Positions 16,489 to 26,304 of a stretch of 64,000 nt of DNA are shown here, in pieces (within the stretch, counting starts at the first letter, position 1; each line of letters begins with the position of its first letter). Origin of the DNA: an uncultured Clostridia bacterium. GTDB taxonomy: Bacteria > Bacillota > Clostridia > TANB77 > CAG-508. Under the pieces are notes generated by a model, which was not told the DNA's origin, did no database searches, and saw only the letters and a program-made list of their open reading frames with translations. The position numbers and the translations under genes were made by a program. The DNA is taken from NCBI GenBank assembly GCA_944392945.1, contig CALXYJ010000004.1, forward strand, positions 12,934-76,933, written 5' to 3'.

Positions 16489-19400
16489 TTAATTAACTTT
16501 ACGATTACTTAATTTCATAGAAAGTAATTTACTAATTCCGTTTTCCTCCATTGTTATTCCATATACTGTATCTGCAACTTCCATTGTTCCTTTTCTATGT
16601 GTTATTACTAAAAATTGAGTATCCCTAGCAAATTTTTTTAAATACTCTGCATATCTATTTACATTAACATCATCTAATGCAGCTTCTATCTCATCTAATA
16701 CACAAAATGGCGCAGGATTTATTTTTAAAATTGCAAATAAAATTGCAATTGCTGTAAATGCTTTTTCTCCTCCTGATAATAAAGTCATGTTTTGTAATTT
16801 TTTTCCTGGTGGTTGAACTCTAATATCAATTCCACAATTTAATATATCATTTTCATCTTCTAATATTAATTCTGCTTTTCCTCCACCAAAAAGTTCTTTG
16901 AATACTTCATCAAAATTTTTGTTAATTAATACAAATTTTTCTTTAAATTGTGCTTTCATAGTAGTTATCATTTCTGAAATAACATTTTTTAGTTTTGCCA
17001 TAGAATTTTCTAGATCCAATCTTTGTTCACAAATAAAGTCATATCTTTCCTTTAATGTTTGATATTCCTTAATAGAATCTATGTTTATACTTCCTAAATC
17101 ACGAATTTGTGCTCTTAAATAATTAACATCTTTTTGTGTTTTATTAGGATCTGTTGTTTTTGTAAAATTCTCTGCATTATTAGGAGTTAATTCATATTCC
17201 TCCCACATTTTATTTATAACAGCTTCTAAGTCCTGTGATGTTTTATTTTTCTTTAAATCTATTTTTACTAATTGTTCTTTTAAATCCTGTAGTCTTTTAA
17301 ATTGATCTTCTATATCTTTTTCTATTTTTTCGAGTTCATCATTTTTTGTATTTTTAGTATTTTTTAGTTCTTCTATTTTTGATCCACTATTCTTAACATT
17401 TTCTTTTATTTCGATAATTTCTTTTTTAAATCCTTCTATTTGTAATTCTAAATTTTTCTTTTCTTCTTTATTGTTATTTATTTGTTCTTTTTTTAATTTC
17501 AAACTATTTTTATTGTTCTCTATATCAGTTTTTATTCTTTCTGTAATTTCATCTATTGACATTTCACTTTCTTCAAAAGAAGATACAGATATTTTTAAAT
17601 TAGTTATATCCATATTTAGATTATCTATATATGTTTGATCATCTTTATTTAGTTTAACAAATTCTTCTACTTCTAAATTTAATCCTTCTATCTCTTGAGT
17701 TAGGTATTCTAATTCATTTTTTATTTTTTCTTTATTTTTTGCAATATCTATTTTCTGATTATTTAAATTTTCTATTTCTTCTTTTGATTTATTCATTCTA
17801 ACTGTTAATTTATCTACATTTTCTGATATTAATTCCACTTTTTGTTTTTGAGTTGCATATTGTATATCTATTTCTTGTAAGTTATTTTCTAAGCTTTCTA
17901 TAGTTTCTAATAAATCTTCTATACTTTCTAAGAATTCATCTTTTTCTTTTTCTTTATTAGCTAATTTCGTTTTTAAATTTTTTAACTCTTCTTTTAAATT
18001 TTCTATTTCTCTACTTCTTCCTAAAATGTTAACAGTCTTATTTTGTACAGATCCACCTGTCATTGCTCCAGAAGAATTAATTATATCTCCTTTTAAAGTA
18101 ACAATTCTAAATGCATAATTATTCTTTTTGGCAAGATTTATTCCTGCATCCATATTTTCGACAATTACAGTTCTACCTAATAAACTTTTAAATATTCCAT
18201 CATATTTTTTATCATATTCAACTAAATCTGAAGCAATCCCTATTACTCCATTATTATTTTTTAAATTTATATTTTCTAATTTCTTACCTTTAACTGCTGT
18301 GATTGGTAAAAATGTTACTCTTCCTAAATTATTGTTTCTTAGGTATTCTATCATTTTTTTTGCATCTTGTTCTGTTTCTGTTACAACATTTTGAAGATTA
18401 GCTCCAAGTGACATTTCTATTGCAATCTCATATTCTTTTTTTACCTTTAATAAATTTGCAATAACGTCATTTAATCCTTTTCTTAATTCTGGATTTGTCT
18501 CTGCAGATTTTAACAAAGATTTAACACTTTTAGTATATCCTTCTTTTTCTCTTTCAGTTTCTTCTAAAAACTTTAGTCTTGCCTCTTTTATTCTTACTTC
18601 TTGAGCAATCTGATTTATTTCTATTTCAAAACTCTTTGTTTTACTATCTGCCTGATTTTTTTTATTTTCTATTTCTGATAAATCTTGTTTTAATTTATTT
18701 CTTTTGGTTTCTATTTCTAAAAAATTTTGTTCTATTTCACTCTTTTTTAATCTAGATCCATCTAATTCTGAAATTGTGAGTTCTAATTCTTCTGTTTTTG
18801 TTTTTATATTTTTTGCAATTGAATCAGTCTTTACATCTTGAGTATTTATATCATTTTGCAATTCATATTTTTTGTCTGTATTTTCTTCTATTATTTTCTT
18901 TTTATTTTCTATTTCTATTTGTTTATCTGATAATTTTGCAACTAATTCATTTAGTTCTTTTTCTTTTTCTTGTAATTCTTTAGCAAATTTTTCTTTATTA
19001 TTATATAAAGTTTCCTTTTTTGCTAATTTTTGCTCTTTTTCTTGTTCTAATTCTGCAATTTTAGAATCTATTTCAGAAATTTCATTTTCATATCTTTTAT
19101 TATTCTCTTCTATATTACTTATTCTTTCTTCTGAAACATTTATACTAGAATTTATTTTTTCTATTTTATTAGTGCTCTCAAAACCTATATTTTGCATAGA
19201 TTCTATTTCTTCTATTAAATTATTTATTTCTATTTTTAAATTATTCTTTTTTATATTTTTTTGTTCTTGCACTTTCTGTTCTTCTTCATATGTTGAATTC
19301 ATTATTTCTTCATCAGAAGTTATTTTTTCTAATCTTTCTTTATATAAATCTATATTATATAAAAATAATCCTACTTCTATTCCTTTTAATTCTTCTCTTA

Positions 19401-20052
19401 AATCTAAAAATTTCTTAGCTTTTTCTGATTGAATTTTTAAAGGTTCCATATTATTTTCTACTTCTGATAATATATCATTTATACGCAATAAATTTAATTT
19501 TGCTCTTTCTAATTTTTTTTCTGATTCTTCTTTTCTAGCACGATATTTTACAATTCCAGCAGCTTCTTCAAAAATATGTCTTCTGTCTTCTGATTTATTG
19601 CTTAATATTTCATCTATTTTTCCTTGACCTATAATAGAATAACCATCTTTCCCAATTCCAGTATCCATAAATAATTCTAAAATATCTTTTAATCTACATG
19701 GAGTTTTATTTATAAAATAGCCTGTTTCCCCAGTTCTATATATCCTTCTTGTAACTGTAACTTCTGCATATTCTATTGGTAATTTTCCATCATCATTGTT
19801 AAAAACTAATGAAGCCTCTGCAAAACCTAATGATTTTCTATTTTGTGTACCCGCAAAAATTATATCTTCTGATTTTGAGCCTCTTAAAGATTTTATACTC
19901 TGTTCTCCTAGGACCCAACGAATTGCATCAGATATATTACTTTTACCAGATCCATTTGGTCCTATTACTGTGGTAATTCCTGGCATAAATTCTAAAACTG
20001 TTTTATCTGCAAAGGATTTAAATCCTTGTAATTCTAATCTTTTTAAATACAT
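16489..20052 (-). CDS. smc: Chromosome partition protein SMC
   Basis: Walker A GPNGSGKSN, long coiled coils, hinge (VTETEQDAKKMIEYL...GRVTFLP), signature LSGGEK, Walker B FCVLDEIEAALD. Confidence 0.95.
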   Translation of the reverse strand: MYLKRLELQGFKSFADKTVLEFMPGITTVIGPNGSGKSNISDAIRWVLGEQSIKSLRGSKSEDIIFAGTQNRKSLGFAEASLVFNNDDGKLPIEYAEVTVTRRIYRTGETGYFINKTPCRLKDILELFMDTGIGKDGYSIIGQGKIDEILSNKSEDRRHIFEEAAGIVKYRARKEESEKKLERAKLNLLRINDILSEVENNMEPLKIQSEKAKKFLDLREELKGIEVGLFLYNIDLYKERLEKITSDEEIMNSTYEEEQKVQEQKNIKKNNLKIEINNLIEEIESMQNIGFESTNKIEKINSSINVSEERISNIEENNKRYENEISEIDSKIAELEQEKEQKLAKKETLYNNKEKFAKELQEKEKELNELVAKLSDKQIEIENKKKIIEENTDKKYELQNDINTQDVKTDSIAKNIKTKTEELELTISELDGSRLKKSEIEQNFLEIETKRNKLKQDLSEIENKKNQADSKTKSFEIEINQIAQEVRIKEARLKFLEETEREKEGYTKSVKSLLKSAETNPELRKGLNDVIANLLKVKKEYEIAIEMSLGANLQNVVTETEQDAKKMIEYLRNNNLGRVTFLPITAVKGKKLENINLKNNNGVIGIASDLVEYDKKYDGIFKSLLGRTVIVENMDAGINLAKKNNYAFRIVTLKGDIINSSGAMTGGSVQNKTVNILGRSREIENLKEELKNLKTKLANKEKEKDEFLESIEDLLETIESLENNLQEIDIQYATQKQKVELISENVDKLTVRMNKSKEEIENLNNQKIDIAKNKEKIKNELEYLTQEIEGLNLEVEEFVKLNKDDQTYIDNLNMDITNLKISVSSFEESEMSIDEITERIKTDIENNKNSLKLKKEQINNNKEEKKNLELQIEGFKKEIIEIKENVKNSGSKIEELKNTKNTKNDELEKIEKDIEDQFKRLQDLKEQLVKIDLKKNKTSQDLEAVINKMWEEYELTPNNAENFTKTTDPNKTQKDVNYLRAQIRDLGSINIDSIKEYQTLKERYDFICEQRLDLENSMAKLKNVISEMITTMKAQFKEKFVLINKNFDEVFKELFGGGKAELILEDENDILNCGIDIRVQPPGKKLQNMTLLSGGEKAFTAIAILFAILKINPAPFCVLDEIEAALDDVNVNRYAEYLKKFARDTQFLVITHRKGTMEVADTVYGITMEENGISKLLSMKLSNRKVN

Positions 20053-20182
20053 TCTTTATCACCTTTTATCTTTTTGTACCTATTAATAATATATTAAAAA
20101 TCGATATAAATCAACAAAATATTGAACTTTATTTTATTTAATGTTATTATAATTTTATAATATTTACAAAGGAGATAAAAAA

Positions 20183-21073
20183 ATGTTTAAAGAGAAATTC
20201 GATTTTTACGATAAAACAGTTTTAAAATCTTATGACTTAGATTCGGCTGCAAGATATCAGTTAAAAATGTTAGATTCCTTAGATAATTTTACTAGAAAAC
20301 ATTCAGAAAGTGTCGCAAATTTAACTTGTAGAATTTGTGATTATTTACATTTAAACAAGGATTTTACTATATATTGCACCACATGTGCATATTTACATGA
20401 TATTGGAAAAATGTTCATTCCTCCTTCAATCTTGCAAAAACCTGGTAAGCTTACAGATGATGAATATGAAATAATGAAAACTCATACAAGTATTGGTTAT
20501 AAAATGTGCATGAATGACACTAAATTAAGACCATATTCAGCTGGTCCTAGATGGCATCACGAAGCTCTAGATGGAAGTGGATATCCAGATGGGTTAAAAG
20601 GAGACAAAATTCCTATAGAAGATCAAATTATTAGAGTTGCAGATGAGTTTGACGCAATTGTTAGTAAAAGACAATATAAATCCCATGTTGGTATAACAGA
20701 TACCTTAAAAATGTTAATAGAAAATGCTCATTCTGGAAAAAATAACATACCTGCCACAAAAGCCTTAAAAAAAGTTGTAATAGATGATACTATTTATGAG
20801 ATTTCTTGTACTTTTGATTATTTAGATTATCTAAAAGAAAATATAAAAAGATTAAAACAAATAAAAAAATACTATGATAAAATGACTTCTTCACATTCTC
20901 AAAAACAAAAAAATTATTATTTAGAAGGCATGAAAATGCTTTTTACAGAAGGAGAAACTGAAGAAAATTTCCAAAATATTTTATCAGAATATAAAGAAGC
21001 TTTAAGTTCTAGATCACAGGTTATAGACAAATTAAATGCTGAACTAAAAGAAATTAAAAAACTAAAAATATAA
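20183..21073 (+). CDS. HD-GYP domain protein (putative cyclic-dinucleotide phosphodiesterase), paralog 1
   Basis: YLHDIGK, KTHT, HHEALDGSGYPDGL, RVADEFDA. Coiled-coil C-terminus and no sensor domain. Confidence 0.8.
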   Translation: MFKEKFDFYDKTVLKSYDLDSAARYQLKMLDSLDNFTRKHSESVANLTCRICDYLHLNKDFTIYCTTCAYLHDIGKMFIPPSILQKPGKLTDDEYEIMKTHTSIGYKMCMNDTKLRPYSAGPRWHHEALDGSGYPDGLKGDKIPIEDQIIRVADEFDAIVSKRQYKSHVGITDTLKMLIENAHSGKNNIPATKALKKVVIDDTIYEISCTFDYLDYLKENIKRLKQIKKYYDKMTSSHSQKQKNYYLEGMKMLFTEGETEENFQNILSEYKEALSSRSQVIDKLNAELKEIKKLKI

Positions 21074-21099
21074 TTTATTTACACAAAAGAGGAGATTAA

Positions 21100-22035
21100 A
21101 TGCTAGATAATAAATTTGATTTTTATGATAAAACTACATTAAAGTCGTACAATTTAGATGTTACAATGAGATATCAACTTACAATGTTAGATAGTCTTGA
21201 TCCATTTACTAGAATTCATAGTGAAAATGTAGCAAGTATTACTTGTAGATTATGCGAATATTTACATTGTGATAAAAACTTTACTTCTTATTGTACTATT
21301 TGTGCATATTTACATGATATTGGGAAAATGTTTATTCCACCTAAAATATTAAACAAACCTGATAAACTAACAGATGACGAATTTGAAATAATGAAAACTC
21401 ATACACTTATTGGGTATAAAATGTGCATGGATGATATTAGATTAAGACCATATGCATTAGGTCCAAAATATCATCACGAAACATTGGATGGAACAGGTTA
21501 TCCAGAAGGATTAACTGGTAGTTTAATTCCATATGAAGATCAAATTATAAAAGTTGCAGATGATTATGATGCTTTAGTTACTAAAAGGCAATATAAAACT
21601 CATATTCATATATCAGATACATTAAAAGATTTATTAAAAGATACTGAACCTAATATAAAAATTGCAGCACTAGATAATGCAGCCCAAGGCGTACGACTTG
21701 GAAAACTTAATAAAAAAGTTGTTAAAGCTTTATTTAAAGTTGTAATTGATGATACTTATTACGAAATTTCTTGTGTTACAGGATATGTTGATTATTTAAA
21801 AGATCAAATAAAAAGAATTGAAAAAATATTAGAATATGAAGAAAAAATGAATAAATCTAATTCCGAAAAAAAGAAAAATTACTACAAGGAAGGAATGGAA
21901 ATCTTATTCCAAGATGGCGAAAATTTTAATAATATTCATCAAATATATCATGAATATCAAACTGCATATTCAATAAGAAAAGATATGGTTCAAAAATTAT
22001 ATAATGAGATAAAAATAATTAAAAAATTAAATTAA
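21100..22035 (+). CDS. HD-GYP domain protein, paralog 2
   Basis: YLHDIGK, HHETLDGTGYPEGL, KVADDYDA. Collinear with the upstream paralog. Confidence 0.8.
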   Translation: MLDNKFDFYDKTTLKSYNLDVTMRYQLTMLDSLDPFTRIHSENVASITCRLCEYLHCDKNFTSYCTICAYLHDIGKMFIPPKILNKPDKLTDDEFEIMKTHTLIGYKMCMDDIRLRPYALGPKYHHETLDGTGYPEGLTGSLIPYEDQIIKVADDYDALVTKRQYKTHIHISDTLKDLLKDTEPNIKIAALDNAAQGVRLGKLNKKVVKALFKVVIDDTYYEISCVTGYVDYLKDQIKRIEKILEYEEKMNKSNSEKKKNYYKEGMEILFQDGENFNNIHQIYHEYQTAYSIRKDMVQKLYNEIKIIKKLN

Positions 22036-22067
22036 CTTTTTTTACACAATAATTTTTACAAAATCTT

Positions 22068-22096
22068 AAAGAGGATACAAAACTAGTATCCTCTTT
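22068..22096. terminator. Bidirectional terminator (HD-GYP / mazF convergent)
   Basis: AAAGAGGATAC-aaaacta-GTATCCTCTTT. Confidence 0.6.
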
Positions 22097-22098
22097 AC

Positions 22099-22449
22099 TT
22101 ATTCTCCTAGCCCAAAACTAACACCAAGAGCATTATTTATCTTTCCAATAATTTCATCATTATCAATATGTCCTATTCTCTCTTTTAATCTACTTTTATC
22201 TATTGTTCTTATTTGTTCTGCAAGTACTATTGAATCTGACTTTAATCCAAAATCCTTCGAGTTTATTTCTATATGAGTAGGCAACTTATTTTTGGTTTTC
22301 TGAGATGTAATTGCAGCAGCAATTACAGTTGGACTATATTTATTTCCTAAATCATTTTGAATTATTAAAACTGGTCTTATTCCCCCTTGTTCTGAGCCAA
22401 CTACAGGACTTAAATCCGCATAAAACATGTCGCCTCTTTTTATATTCAT
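22099..22449 (-). CDS. mazF: MazF/PemK/EndoA-type endoribonuclease toxin
   Basis: [31 protein letters not shown]...[10 protein letters not shown]...LPTHIEI. GGGAGTG RBS before the ATG at 22449. Confidence 0.88.
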   Translation of the reverse strand: MNIKRGDMFYADLSPVVGSEQGGIRPVLIIQNDLGNKYSPTVIAAAITSQKTKNKLPTHIEINSKDFGLKSDSIVLAEQIRTIDKSRLKERIGHIDNDEIIGKINNALGVSFGLGE

Positions 22450-22521
22450 TTTCTTCACTCCCATTATTAGTATATATCTTGTTTTAAATACTAGCTCGAG
22501 ATAAAGAAAATAGTGTAGCTA

Positions 22522-23121
22522 CTACGTATAACTTATCTCATTATATAATATGTAAACAGTTATATTTTGGTTAATATCTTGTACTTCCAATTTTTTTGGT
22601 TTTCCTGTATCTTTATCTATAATTAGCTTCTTTTTTATTTGATATTTATTTTCTTGTGTTTTACAATCAGTAGTTAATATGATTTCATTTTCGTTTTCTT
22701 CTTGTTTAGAATTTTTATTATTTTTATAATCATCTATAAATTCATTTAAAAACAAATTATTTTCTGCTATATATTTATAATTTTCATATATATTGGTAAG
22801 ATTTAAATTAGTATTTTTTATAGATAATGTATTATTCATATATTCTATTCTAACTCCTCTTATATTTTCTGGCTCTTCTATTTCTTGTATACTATATTCA
22901 TCTTTTTTATATTGCTGTATCATTTTATATTTGTTTGTATTTTTATTACTTATTACAGTTACCTCTATTTTTGCTTCATACGAGTTCATATTTAAAATTT
23001 GATTATTATCATTATTCCCAGTTTCTATATTTTTATTATTAGTTAACAAAAAAATTATTAAAAAAATTAATATTAATATTATAAGAAGAATTATTAAAAT
23101 TATCAATTTACTTTTTTTCAT
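22522..23121 (-). CDS. Membrane-anchored Asn/Lys-rich protein; possibly LolA-fold/DUF4367 (YdcC-like) sporulation protein
   Basis: N-terminal TM anchor. Assignment rests mainly on the neighbourhood with mazF, as in B. subtilis ydcC-alr-ndoAI-ndoA. Weak. Confidence 0.35.
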   Translation of the reverse strand: MKKSKLIILIILLIILILIFLIIFLLTNNKNIETGNNDNNQILNMNSYEAKIEVTVISNKNTNKYKMIQQYKKDEYSIQEIEEPENIRGVRIEYMNNTLSIKNTNLNLTNIYENYKYIAENNLFLNEFIDDYKNNKNSKQEENENEIILTTDCKTQENKYQIKKKLIIDKDTGKPKKLEVQDINQNITVYILYNEISYT

Positions 23122-23131
23122 TTTGACCTCC

Positions 23132-23213
23132 TATAAAAAGCGAATGTAAGATTTTCTACATATTAGCAAATATTAGAAAATCTAACATTCGCCATAATTA
23201 TCTAGTACATAAA
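23132..23213 (-). repeat. About 80-nt palindromic dispersed element, family 2, copy b (inverted relative to copy a)
   Basis: Reverse complement reads TTTATGTACTAGATAATTATGGCGAATGTTAGATTTTC...GAAAATCTTACATTCGCTTTTTATA. Confidence 0.8.
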
Positions 23214-23245
23214 TTTCTCCTACCAGGAGAAATTTCTTACTATAT

Positions 23246-23275
23246 AAAAAAAAAGATAGTTTTAAACTATCTTTT
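23246..23275 (-). terminator. dusB terminator
   Basis: AAAGATAGTTT/AAACTATCTTT stem followed by a long T-run on the minus strand. Confidence 0.65.
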
Positions 23276-23287
23276 ATATATTTCTAT

Positions 23288-24271
23288 TCAATTATTATTT
23301 AGATATTCAAAATATAATTTTATTTCTTTTAATAATTCTTCTCTATTTCCAATTTTATTAATTTTATCCCTCATTTGACTTGAATCTTTTAAATTTTTTA
23401 TATACCAACTCAATTGTTTTCTCATTTCTTTTACAGCTACTTCTTCTCCTCTTTCTTGAATCTCCATATTTATATGTCTTATCATAATATCATATCTTTC
23501 CTCTAATGTTGGTTTAGGTAATTTTTTACCAGTTTGCAAATAATGTATTATCTCTCTAAAAATCCATGGATTTCCAAAACTTGCTCTTCCTATCATAATG
23601 CCATCTACATTTGTATATTTGAACATTTCTTCTGCACTTTCTTCATCCACTATATCACCATTCCCTATTACGGGAATGTTTACACTTTCTTTTACTTTTT
23701 TAATACTGTCCCAATCTGCTTTTCCAGAATAAAATTCCTTTCTAGTTCTACCATGAATTATAATTGCTGAGCCTCCAGCCTTTTCTATTATTTTAGCTGC
23801 TTCTACTGCTACAATATTATTTTCATCCCAACCCTTTCTAATTTTAAAAGTAATAGGTTTATTGGTATTTTCTCTAATTGCTTTAACGATTTTTTCTATT
23901 AAATCTAGATGTAATAATAAATTACTTCCATCCCCATTTTTTACAATCTTTGGAGCTGGACACCCCATATTAAAATCTATAATATCAGCAATTTTATCTA
24001 CTTCTTGCGTTGCATATTTTATTGATTCTATGTCACTCCCAAATAATTGAATACTAATAGGTCTTTCTTCACCTTCTAAATTATATAATTTTTTAGTTTT
24101 ACTATCACCATAAAAAATTGCTTTTGCACTAACCATTTCTGTTGTAGTAAGCCCTACACCCATTTCTTTGCATATTATTCTAAATGTTTTATCTGTAATT
24201 CCAGCCATAGGAGCTAAAAAAACATTATTCTTTAATTCTACATCTCCTATTTTTATTTTTCTTAAATACAT
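23288..24271 (-). CDS. dusB: tRNA-dihydrouridine synthase
   Basis: LAPMAGITD, NMGCP, catalytic region HGRT. GGAAG RBS before the ATG at 24271 (ORF open to 24325). Confidence 0.88.
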   Translation of the reverse strand: MYLRKIKIGDVELKNNVFLAPMAGITDKTFRIICKEMGVGLTTTEMVSAKAIFYGDSKTKKLYNLEGEERPISIQLFGSDIESIKYATQEVDKIADIIDFNMGCPAPKIVKNGDGSNLLLHLDLIEKIVKAIRENTNKPITFKIRKGWDENNIVAVEAAKIIEKAGGSAIIIHGRTRKEFYSGKADWDSIKKVKESVNIPVIGNGDIVDEESAEEMFKYTNVDGIMIGRASFGNPWIFREIIHYLQTGKKLPKPTLEERYDIMIRHINMEIQERGEEVAVKEMRKQLSWYIKNLKDSSQMRDKINKIGNREELLKEIKLYFEYLNNN

Positions 24272-24338
24272 ATTAATCTTCCTTTTTATTAAATTATTCT
24301 TATAGTTAGCAAAAGTTGAAAGCATAAACTTTCAACTT

Positions 24339-25445
24339 TTATTCTATAAATATTGCTTTTTGTCTTCTACCACTTATATTTAGTAATAATGCTATTAAAA
24401 TAAAATTAGTAAGTAAAGAACTTCCTCCATAACTTACAAAAGGTAATGGTACACCTGTTATTGGCAATAATCCCATCGTCATGCCAATATTTTCTAACAT
24501 ATGGAATAAGAATATTCCAGCTATTCCAATTGCAATATATGATCCCAGGTCATCCTTAGCTGTTTTTGCCACATATATTGATTTCGTTATCAGCACTACA
24601 TAGATTATAATTACTGCACCTGCTACAATAAATCCCATTTCTTCTCCAATAACAGAAAAAATAAAGTCAGTTGTTTTTGGATATAAAAAACCTAATTGTG
24701 TTTGATTTCCTTTTAGTAGACCCATTCCTGTTAATTGACCTGCACCTATTGCTAATTTTGATTGTGTTAAATTATATCCTGATCCTCTTGGATCAGATTC
24801 TGGATTTAAAAATACTTCTATTCTCTCTTTAGCATGCTCTGGTAGTACAAAAAAGTATAATAAAGGTACTGCTATTATAATTAATAATATTGTCCCTATA
24901 ATATATTTTTTATTTATTCCTGCAGTAAAAATCATCATGACTGTTGCAACTAAAAATGCTGCTGCAGTACCATAGTCCGGTTGTTTTATAATTAAAAGTA
25001 CTGGTACGGCTACAACTGCTAATGCTAATAATAATCTAGTAGGTCTATTTATTTCATTCTTATCCTTAGTTTGTATCTTACATAAAACCAATGCCAGGAA
25101 TAATATTACTGCAATTTTGGCAAATTCGGCTGGCTGAAAAGAAAATACTTTAAAATCGAACCAGCTTGTAGCTCCATTTACTGGATCTGTAAACAAAACT
25201 GCAACCAGTAATATTAAAATTATTCCATACAAAATCGGAGAAATTTTTGCTATGGATTCATAATCTATAAAAATTAATATAAAAACAACTGGGATACAAA
25301 CAATAAACCATATAATTTGTTTTTGTAAACTATTATCATCAGAATCATATGTTGCAGAGAACAATGCAACCATTCCTATTATTGTTAAAATTATGCAACA
25401 TATAAAGATTCCCCAATCTATATTTTTTAAAATTTTCTTCTTCAT
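24339..25445 (-). CDS. rodA: SEDS-family peptidoglycan glycosyltransferase (RodA-type by context)
   Basis: FtsW/RodA/SpoVE multi-TM pattern (QPAEFAKI, TDFIFSVIGEE, PLPFVSYGGSS). Sits downstream of minDE. Confidence 0.8.
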   Translation of the reverse strand: MKKKILKNIDWGIFICCIILTIIGMVALFSATYDSDDNSLQKQIIWFIVCIPVVFILIFIDYESIAKISPILYGIILILLVAVLFTDPVNGATSWFDFKVFSFQPAEFAKIAVILFLALVLCKIQTKDKNEINRPTRLLLALAVVAVPVLLIIKQPDYGTAAAFLVATVMMIFTAGINKKYIIGTILLIIIAVPLLYFFVLPEHAKERIEVFLNPESDPRGSGYNLTQSKLAIGAGQLTGMGLLKGNQTQLGFLYPKTTDFIFSVIGEEMGFIVAGAVIIIYVVLITKSIYVAKTAKDDLGSYIAIGIAGIFLFHMLENIGMTMGLLPITGVPLPFVSYGGSSLLTNFILIALLLNISGRRQKAIFIE

Positions 25446-25522
25446 ATTTCTTCCTTTACGTATTTATTTTATTGGTTTAATTTATATAGATTTTATACAA
25501 ATCTATTTTTGTTACACATCCC

Positions 25523-26284
25523 CTATCTCTTTCCTTTTCTTTTTTTATTTCTTCTTTTTCTATTATTATGTATCACAAACTCCTGATTAGTTTGAGAATT
25601 TTTTTGTTCTTCATTTATATTATTATCTATTTTTGTTTCTGTATTCTCATCCTTTTCTTCTTCATTTATTACATCATTTGTTGTCTCTTCTACTGACTCT
25701 GTATCTATATTTTCTTCCTCTTTTTTCTCATCTTTTACTTGGATTTCTTCTTTTTCCTCTTCTTCTATTTCTTCCTTAGTCTGTGGTTCTTCTTCCTTAG
25801 AAATATCTTTAGAATTACTATCAGAATTATCATCTACTTTTACTTCTGACTCATCGCTTTTTTCTTCATCTTTAATTTCTTCTTTTACATCTTCTTTAGA
25901 TGTATCACTTGAAATATTATTTTTTTCTTCTTTAGCCTCTTGTTCTTTTTCTTGAACTTTCTCTTTTACTTCATCATCCATTTCACCTGTATGTTTAATA
26001 CTAACTATTGGAATGTTTGCATATAAAGCTGGTGCTAAAGTTGTTCCATCTTCACTAGTTTTATTTGTTAGATGAACATCTATCTCACTTTCATCTACAT
26101 CTATATATTTCTTTATTACATCTATAATTTCTTGTTTCATCATTTCTAGGAAATCTGCAGAAACATTCGCTCTATCTTGCATTAAAACTAGATGTAATCT
26201 TTCTTTTGCCATATCTTTATTTTTTTCTTCTTCCTCTTCTTTTTTAAATATTTTTTTAAAGAAACCTACTATATTTTCAAACAT
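25523..26284 (-). CDS. minE: Cell-division topological specificity factor MinE with a long acidic C-terminal extension
   Basis: Residues 1-97 are MinE-like (AKERLHLVLMQDRANVSADFLEMMKQEIIDVIKKYIDV...ANIPI). A further 155 aa are E/K/D/N-rich and end in RKRRNKKRKGKR. Confidence 0.8.
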   Translation of the reverse strand: MFENIVGFFKKIFKKEEEEEKNKDMAKERLHLVLMQDRANVSADFLEMMKQEIIDVIKKYIDVDESEIDVHLTNKTSEDGTTLAPALYANIPIVSIKHTGEMDDEVKEKVQEKEQEAKEEKNNISSDTSKEDVKEEIKDEEKSDESEVKVDDNSDSNSKDISKEEEPQTKEEIEEEEKEEIQVKDEKKEEENIDTESVEETTNDVINEEEKDENTETKIDNNINEEQKNSQTNQEFVIHNNRKRRNKKRKGKR

Positions 26285-26304
26285 ATTTAACCTCCAAACG
26301 TTAA

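Noticed and set aside
18128-19432. Plus-strand ORFs antisense to smc (for example 18872..19432, 186 aa)
   Set aside because: These are Phe/Ser/Leu-rich translations of the complement of Lys/Glu coiled-coil codons. This is a typical artefact with no RBS.
25523-25993. MinE tail as a separate downstream gene
   Set aside because: There is no stop codon between the MinE core and the tail, and no internal RBS plus start context. I treated it as one ORF, with the sequencing-error caveat noted in the findings.
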